Below, piece after piece: positions 55,702 to 64,000 of a DNA stretch of 64,000 nucleotides. Both the position numbers and the translations under genes were made by a program. The notes below the pieces were generated by a model. The model made no database searches. It was given only the letters and a program-made list of their open reading frames with translations, and was not told the origin of the DNA. This DNA is from the human T2T-CHM13v2.0 reference genome, Homo sapiens: assembly GCF_009914755.1 (NCBI RefSeq), contig NC_060941.1; one strand, written 5' to 3'. Numbering within the stretch: position 1 is the stretch's first letter; each line of letters opens with the position of its first letter.

Positions 55702-57183
55702 CAAGAGAGGAGATAGAATATTATTGGCAATTCAAAGCAAATAATACTAACCAGGAGGAGGGAGTAATGTGTGTGTGCATGTGTGGATGTGTTTTTCAAA
55801 ATTAACTATGGATGAATTACATTGGATATCCAGCAGAAGTCTACAGATAGAGCTTGGCCAGTACTCTTCTCCCTAGATTCTATATAATGGTTACATTTCT
55901 AGTCAAGATTAAAAAAGAAATAGAAATACCCTCTCATTAACTTGGAGGCAAAGAAATTCAATGGAAGTGTGTCAAGGAGCCGTGCTTTCCAGGAACCAAG
56001 CACAAGATCCACAGCAGTGGCCATCTACTGAGAACACTGCCATTTGGCTTCTTCCACTACATTCCCTACAGTATTTCTGAATGTCATAGCCCTGAACACA
56101 TGCTACTATTTTGAGGGGTTCTTCAATTTGTAGGATTCTTGCATTATTTAAGTTTCTGAGAGGAAGCATCAAGTCGGTTATGTCTGGTTATTTGCAAAAG
56201 CTATAGATTCCAGAGGGTGTGTAAAAGAAATAAATATGGGAAACAGAATATTAACTTTAGCTTGAGTTGCCTCCTGGCATAAGAATAAACAAATATCCTT
56301 TTTGTTGTTTGACATCTATACAAATTATTTTTATACATTGCATCCCCACCTCCCTCCCCCCGCACACAAATATTCCCATTTTATATAATGCAGCTACTCC
56401 TGTTACAACTAAAAATGAATTTACACTCTTCCCAAGTAGACAAAATTTTTACAAGTAACTGTACACAGTCCAGGTTCAGAATTTCTATATAATGTAAATT
56501 CCTCTTCAAATTCTATCACTGTTATTTTCTGAAAATTATAGAACAACTGTGTGGTTAATTATAAAACTAACCACTAAAACATATAAAATACTGAAGGTGA
56601 GGGAGTGAATACAAGGAATTTATTAAAATATATAAAGAGATACATGACACTTTATATCAACTTCATTATTTAGAGGCTTTTCTGAATTGGGTATCCTCAG
56701 AGACACACACACAGGCAAGTCATTAGTGGGACCCAGAGTCATGGCAGAATCTTACTCAGCCCTTCTTTCCGTCCTGTCAAGGAGTGACACTGAAATATAC
56801 AGTTAAGAGCTCCCCAGTGTTCTTCAGGACTACCTGTAGGGGGGTTGCAATACCACCGCTGCATAAATCAGCTGTTGCCATCATAGCATATGGAGTCATA
56901 TAAACCAAACTAGAATTAAATTTTTATTCGTCAGTTAAAATGCCCTAAAGAAATCCACATGAGGCTATCAGTATGGATTAAGGGAGGGCAAGAGTACAGC
57001 AGAAATTGGCACACTAGGAATGTGAATAACCTGGTAATGTGACTTTCTTGTACTTTAAAGAAATACCTGGGTTCAGTCTTTTATATAGCCCACATCCCTC
57101 TGATGATGAAGTGCTACTATGAGATCTGGATCTAATAGCTGAGTGGATTCGTTTACATCCAGTACAGGATGAACTACTAGAAG

Positions 57184-57210
57184 CAACAACAACAACAACA
57201 ACAACGACAA
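57184..57210. repeat. (CAA)7 microsatellite
   Basis: Direct read. Confidence 0.9.
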
Positions 57211-57730
57211 ACCAAGCAGTCACTTGATGCCCCATGGACATATGCTGAACCTCCAGAATGGTCCCTAGTGAGCCAAGAACTGTTGTCAAAGGATAATCAC
57301 AGTTACTTCTGGAAGAGTGCACTACATAGCTTCAGATCCTTGGGGACCTCACTTGGGCTCTCTCTGATATTAGCTTACCATCAGTGAGCATAGATACATT
57401 GAGCCACATTGACTCTAAGATTGTAAGTGCAAAGTAGAAGAGGTGCAGCCTGGAAAATCTGCCCTTCTGGCATGGAACACCATGGAAAGCTGGTTACTTT
57501 GAGGATCTCAGGTAATACGTTGGAGCACTCTGCTAAAAGGTGATATATGTTCCCTCCAAACCTATCAGCAAGCTCTTTTCTTAGCAGTTGGGAATACAAT
57601 GTTACAGCATCTTGCCTTGTCCTCTCAGATGGAAAAGACTGGCAAGTTCCAGATTCTTGGCCCATCAAAAAAGTTCATTGATGTAGCAGACTCCTGTATC
57701 TTTGTGTGATTTATTCTCAATCTCTGAATA

Positions 57731-58881
57731 CAGTTATACACTCCATGATGATATTTCAGTCAACATAGACTCTATGTACCATGGTGGTCCCAAAAGATTT
57801 TAAAGGAACTGAAAAATTCTTATCATCTACTGGAGTCATAGCCTTCATAACGTTGTAGTGGAATGTGTTACTCATGTGTCCTTGGTGATGCTGGTGTAAA
57901 CAAGCCTACTGTGCTTCCAGTCGTATAAAAGTATAGCACATACAATTATGAACCGTGAATAATACTTGATAATTGTAATAAATAATTTTTCATGCATTTA
58001 CTGTATTATACATTTTTATTTTATAATTTTAAAGTGCACTTCTATGTATCTATGCATGTATCTATCTATAAAATTAACTGTAAAAATAGCCTCAGGCAGG
58101 TCTTTCAGGAGATATTTTAGAAGAAGGCATTTTTATAATGGAGTATGGCAGCTCCACAGATGTTACTGCCCCTGAAGACCTTTCAATGCGATGTGGAGGT
58201 GGTAGATAGTGATACAGATTATCCTAACCCTGTGTAGGCCTAGGTTAATATATGTGTTTGTGCATTAGTTTTTCCAAAAAAAAAAACATGAAAAGTTTAA
58301 AAAAATAGAAAAAATCTTACAGAATAAGTATTAAAAATTATTTATGTACAGCATACAATGTGTTTGTGTTTTAAGTTGTGCTATTACAAAAGAATTAAAA
58401 AGTTAAAAGAGTTAAAATATTTAAATTTATAAGGAAAAAATATAGTAGGTTAAGGTGAATTTATTATTGAAGATGTTTTTGTAAATTTAGTGTACCCTAA
58501 GTGTACAGTGTTTATAAAATCTATAGTAGTGTACACCAATGTTCTAGACCTTCTCATTCACCCATCACTTACTCCCTCACCCAGAACAACTAACTCCCAG
58601 TCTTGCAAGCTCCATTCATGTAAGCACTCAGTATAGGTATAACATTTTTAACATTTTATACCACGACTTTACTGTACCTTTTCTATGTTTAGATACACTC
58701 ATATTTACCATCGTGTTCCAATTAATATTCAGTAGATGATTTACAGTATGTAGCCTAGAAGCAATAGGGCATATCATATAACCCAGAAGTGTAGTAAGAT
58801 ATGCCATCAGGTTTGTGTAAGTACACTCTATGATGTTTGTACAACAGCAAAATCACCTAATACATTTCACAAAATGTATCC
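57731..58881 (+). mobile_element. Tigger3b (MER7B/Golem-type), right TIR missing
   Basis: TA|cagtt start; tggtgatgctggtgtaaacaagcctactg; ggtttgtgtaagtacactctatgatgtt. Confidence 0.88.
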
Positions 58882-58955
58882 ATTAGACTTCACATCCAGT
58901 GTTGGGAACCAAATTTAAACATAAGGTTTGGAGGACAAACATCTAAACTATAGCA
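58882..58955 (-). mobile_element. MSTB/C LTR terminal fragment
   Basis: tttggaggacaaacatctaaactatagca. Confidence 0.7.
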
Positions 58956-59425
58956 ATTGGTTAAAGGCTAGTGGTAGCCCTGTGAAGAGGGTGAATAACC
59001 CTGAAACAAATGATAACATTTTATTTCTGGGCTTGTAGGGTAAAAGCAATCCTCTTGTGCTATTTTATCTTACTGAAATGGAGAAAAAGTATTTGTCAGG
59101 TCAATAGCTGCTTGCCAACTGAATTGATTTGTTCCTACAATAGACCATATCTGGAAGAACAGCTGCAATGGAATGATGATATGATTAAACTTACAATATT
59201 CCATTGTGTTTCTCCAAGACACATGTAACTTTTGTATCAAGCAATATAGAGTCTGATATAAAAATGGAATAAGGATCACCATTCCTAATTCTTTAACGTT
59301 TTTATGTTGACGCTAATAGCTGTGATTTACAAAGGACGTTATTTTAAAAATTATTGCCCTTTTCTCCTATAGTAGACTTAACTTGGTGCATCAGTGAGTT
59401 ATTATATCAATTCTGCCAGGTATTT

Positions 59426-59751
<326 letters not shown>

Positions 59752-60479
59752 CACTGCCAGGTGTTTAGGATACATGTTCAAATGACACTTTCAGTCTTAC
59801 TTACCCTATCATGGGGAAAATTATGTTAGACATCTTTAAACATTTGTCCCCTTGACCTTGACTGTTGGAGCTGTGATGTTCTGGCTTCCTTAGAATTGGT
59901 ATTTGCTAAGGGGTGCTGTTCACTACTATTTACCCTCTATTGGCAAAGTTACCCAGTTGAGTTGTTTTAGGTGCCTTAGGGAAGGTTAGGAGGAATTCAC
60001 AGTATATAATCATGTTATTGCAGTATCATTTCTCAAAGAGCTATAGATTTTTCTTCATTTGAAAGGTGTTGTTTGTTATCTGAATCCTGTCCTGAAATAA
60101 GGAAAGTTACCATCACTCTATTTTTTTGCCTCTTGGTTTTCTCTATAACAAGCATGGACCCTTTCATTAATAAATCAACCTTAGTAGGCTACCTATTTAT
60201 TTCAGTCCTGGGAATTTCATTATTTAATAATCATAACTAAATATACCTGTGGGGCAGGCCACTTTGATTACCATATTGGCTTTATGTGTGACAACAACAT
60301 TTAACTTTGTGTAGCCTCTGATATTCTGGACTCCTTTTCTTCCTTTCAAAAAGATTGTCATATATTTATTTAATATTAATTCCTCTGTGAAATGTGGCTT
60401 ACATAAACACAAAGCATTTCAGAGGGGCAGTATGCCAATGGAAAGAGATTTGTTTATTTAAACCAATTATGACTATCGT

Positions 60480-60880
60480 ATTCTCCTCTTACCCAATCTC
60501 CTTTGCAGATAGAAGTGGTTATGTTACTTTGATCTAGCAAATTAGTTATTTAAGGAAGTCTTTGTGCGGGGGGGGGGGGGGGGGGGGGTATTTAAGGAGA
60601 TATTTTTGCTGCCTAGATAAAAAGGCTAAAATGACTGATCTAATCACTTTGTTTATTTCTGCCTTGAAAGCAGATGTAAAGGTAAACTAGAAAAGCCATA
60701 TTATAACCATGATAAAATAAATCAGAAGGGTCACTAAAATGCTGGCCCTGTCATTCTTCATCCTTAGAAGCATTACCCACAAATTTTTATCTTTGAACTT
60801 CTTTCTAACTGAATAACAAGACTCTATCCCTATAGCCAGGTTGTCTCTTGCAGATAAAAACATTCCTTATATGAATACCT
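60480..60880 (+). mobile_element. Old MLT1 (I/J-like) LTR
   Basis: ttctgccttgaaagcagatg, agccatattataaccatg, ttgcagataaaaacattcct. Confidence 0.5.
60568..60588 (+). repeat. G21 homopolymer
   Basis: Direct read; flanked by tatttaagga direct repeats. Confidence 0.95.
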
Positions 60881-61149
60881 TCTAAAATTTCTAGCAGTGT
60901 TCCAGTCAACAGACAGCAGTAACAACTAAAGTACTTTCCACATTTAACATGTAGTAAATACCTGTTAACGTCCCTAGCTACTGAATTATTTAGATTTCTA
61001 CCTCTTCATTATAGCAAGAAATTTCTGTCATATCAAATGCATTTAGTCTGGGCTAAGGATAAGTACAGGTTTTAATCAAGTAACTGAGCACACAGATTTT
61101 CAAGCTAGTATGCTAAATCTAGAATCTATGGCATGTTTACCAACGCCAT

Positions 61150-62760
61150 AAATTCAGCCTACTCACTAATATACTTTTCTTCTTGGGCAGGCACCAACAG
61201 AATCCATAAAGACAAATATTTCTCAGGGTTTTTCAATATACACTAGCAAAGTTTTGTTTTTAGCCTGAGAAAAGGCCAATGGATGATGATAATCAAATGA
61301 AAGAATGAATAAATAAATACAGATAGAATGAAAACCACAGCCTTTCTGATAGAAAGAGCTATTTTCTTGAAAATAAAGGCAGAGTTCAAGAAAGGAGAGG
61401 GTTGGAGAGGATGAGCCACATATTTTTGAATAAACTCTGCTCAAATTTCTGACTAACCTCTGAACCACACTTGCATGGGATAAAATTAACCATACAGATT
61501 TAAAAATTACACTGAGACTGGAGATGTTATCAAAAAACCGGCTTTTATAATTTAGGTTGAAACAAGTTTAATTACCTGCTAAAACAAAATAATTCAGAAT
61601 TATTCATAGAAATATATGTAATCCAAAATACAATATTTACAATGTTAAGGATAAAATGCAAGTTTTTCAACATACAAAGACTCATTCTCAAAAACAGATA
61701 CAGATATATAACCTGATATGACAAATGTGTTGCAGTAAGTAGACAAAGATTATAATACATATTTTTCTGCTCAAAAAGAGAAAAGGAAATATAGATCCAG
61801 TGAATAAATGAATAGAAAATCCCAGCAGAAATATAGAAATGATGAATAATAATAGTAGAAATTATGGAACTGAAAAATTAATGAAACAAAAAATATTGAA
61901 AAGAATATATATGACTTTAACAACAAAATGAAGATCACAAAGGAAAGAAAGACATGTCAAGAAAATTTTGTATTTTGATGAAGAGACTAAAATGATTTGG
62001 AAAGAGAGTCTTAGAGATCTATGGAATAATATCAAAAGATATAACCTACTGTTAATCAGAATCAGAAAAGAAGGGAGAGAGAATAAAGCAAAACAATAAG
62101 ATACAAAAACAATGGACAGTATAACCTTTAGTTGGTAAGACATATACATTTTTTATTGTTAGGTAACAATTATACATAGGGTACATAATATTTTGATAGA
62201 TGAGTACAACATGTAATGATCAAATTTAGGTCAGTGGGATATCCATCACCTCAAATATTTATTATTTCTTTGTATTAGGAATATTCCAAAACTTCTCTTC
62301 TAGCTATTTTGAAATATATAATAAATATTTTTAGCTATTATCACCCTACTGTGTTGTTGAACATTAGAACTTATTCCTTCTATCTAGCTGTATTTTTGCA
62401 CCAATTAACCAACCTCTCTTCATCCCCCTCATCATCATTCTCAACCTATGGTAGCCACCATTCTATTCTGTACCTCCGTGAAATCAACTTTTTTAGCTCC
62501 CACATATAAGTGAGAACATGCAATTTTCATCTTTCTGTACCTAGCTTATTTTACTTAACAAAATGTTCCCCAGCCTCATCTATGTTGTTAAAAATGACAG
62601 CATCTTACCATTTTATAGTTGAATAATATTCTAGTTTGTATATATGTACCACAGTTTCTTTAGGAAGAACATAAATTTCAAAATTAGTTAAAATAAGCTA
62701 ACTTCAAGAAGGATAAACATGAAGGTAACCATTTGTAGGTATACCATTGTTGAAAGGTCA
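61150..62760 (+). mobile_element. Old L1M 5'/ORF1 relic
   Basis: tagaaattatggaactgaaaaat; agagtcttagagatctatggaataatatcaaaag. Confidence 0.55.
62150..62661 (-). mobile_element. L1MA 3' end
   Basis: gggatatccatcacctcaaatattt; ttttagctcccacatataagtgagaacatgc. Confidence 0.85.
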
Positions 62761-63165
62761 GGATAGGCTTGCTTATGATATAACTTACAAACTCTGATAT
62801 CTCAGACTCCTAACACAGAAAAGTGTTTGTTGTTGTTGTTGTTGTTGTTGTTGCCTTGTGATAGACTGTTATGAGCATTCTCTTCTTAGCATCTCATCTC
62901 TACTGTGACCCAGAAATCCTGGGGGCATTCATCCTGCCATGCAGACATTTTGGAGTCCTTTCCCTCTCTCAACACAAACAAGAGGGAGTGCATAGAGAAT
63001 TCATACACTCATTTTTAACTTTGTCATGCAGTCAAGAAAGAACGCACCTCACTTCCACTCAAATCTATTGGCCATAATAAGTCATGTGCTCCAATGTAAC
63101 TGCAAGGGTGAGCTGGAAATGCAGAAGAGTCCACGGGACATTTGGTAAGCCCAAAGTGTCTGTCC
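62755..63165 (-). mobile_element. MLT1J/K-like LTR containing (TTG)9 at 62827-62853
   Basis: ggataggcttgcttatg; taactgcaagggtgagctggaaatgcag. Confidence 0.6.
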
Positions 63166-63255
63166 AGAAAGGAGGTTTAACAATAAGGAAGCAGTGTCAA
63201 ATGCTGTAGTGAACTAATGATGAATGATAATTTCAAATTAGGTCTTAGATTATAT

Positions 63256-63471
63256 CAGAAGCCTGCAAATTATAGATCATAGATCAAATTCCTATATCTA
63301 TCTATCTATATATATATAACTTTATTTGAATACAGCTATGGTTATTTATCAAATATTTTGTCTATTGGAGCTTTCTTGCTACAACAGCAGAGTTTGTGGC
63401 AGAACCTGTATGATAAGCAAAGACTAACATCTTTACTGTCTGGACATTTCAGAATTAGTTTCCCATCCCCT
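63256..63471 (+). mobile_element. MER58A (hAT-Charlie)
   Basis: tttatttgaatacagc, ttgctacaacagcagagtt, tttactgtctggacatttcag. Confidence 0.7.
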
Positions 63472-64000
63472 AGGTTACATGATTACAAAATTACTCATGA
63501 TTTTTAAGCTTTCAATGGATAGTATAGAACCAATGAGGGAAGAAATGATAGGAAGATTGAGAAATCAGATTAATAAAGTAGATACAAGTTATTTTAGAAT
63601 TTTGCTGGAGAAGAAAATATAAAAACGTTTTCAAAATTTTTTATTTAGGTACTTATTTACTTGTTGCTTATTTTATTTCATTTGGACAAATATTTATTTT
63701 ATGAAACCTAAGAATATTTTAAGCCACAGTGCAACTCTGAAGATGCAGGTATATGATAAAATAATTGAGGAAGTGTGGCTCTGGAATAGTGAGAAGAGAA
63801 TGAGATTCCAAACTCTAGTGAAAGACATAGAACAGGCTTGTTAATGATGACAGCATTAAAGTTACCCTGAGACAAGTTTGAAAACGAGAAAAAAAGCCAC
63901 TATACAATATTTTTATAAATACTTTTATTTTTTGCTAATTACAAATTTAAGTTGATGTATATTAAAAATGTAACACCATAGAAATTTAGAAAAGGAGAAA

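Overview
AT-rich, CpG-poor primate (human-like) genomic DNA, intergenic or deep-intronic in character and dominated by transposable elements. I found no protein-coding exon, RNA gene, CpG island or CRISPR array that I can support. The ORFs I could trace derive from Alu, L1, LTR or ERVL sequence; the rest look like chance frames. Content: 13 Alus (J, S, Y and a free right monomer), many L1s of all ages (L1ME/MD/MC, L1MA, L1PB, L1PA), MaLR LTRs (THE1/MST/MLT1), MLT2A, other solo LTRs, a decayed ERVL gag-pro-pol relic (about 56.99-60.25 kb, minus strand), DNA transposons (MER5A, MADE1, MER47-like, Tigger3, MER58A), MIR/L2 relics and microsatellites. I do not see convincing evidence for a new multi-gene system. 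The most notable signals are structural: (i) a perfect 22-bp inverted repeat forming an 85-nt hairpin in apparently unique DNA (55617-55701); (ii) a chimeric AluSc/AluY without TSD next to a half MLT2A, suggesting an Alu-recombination deletion; (iii) two L1s inserted tail-to-tail at the same target, which triplicated the target motif; (iv) four L1s with twin-priming 5' inversions; (v) a multi-layer TE nest at 28.7-37.1 kb; (vi) a G21 run bracketed by a 10-bp direct repeat; (vii) a ~50-bp dispersed duplication 4.9 kb apart. Subfamily names are from recalled consensus sequences, not from a search, and boundaries of old elements are approximate.
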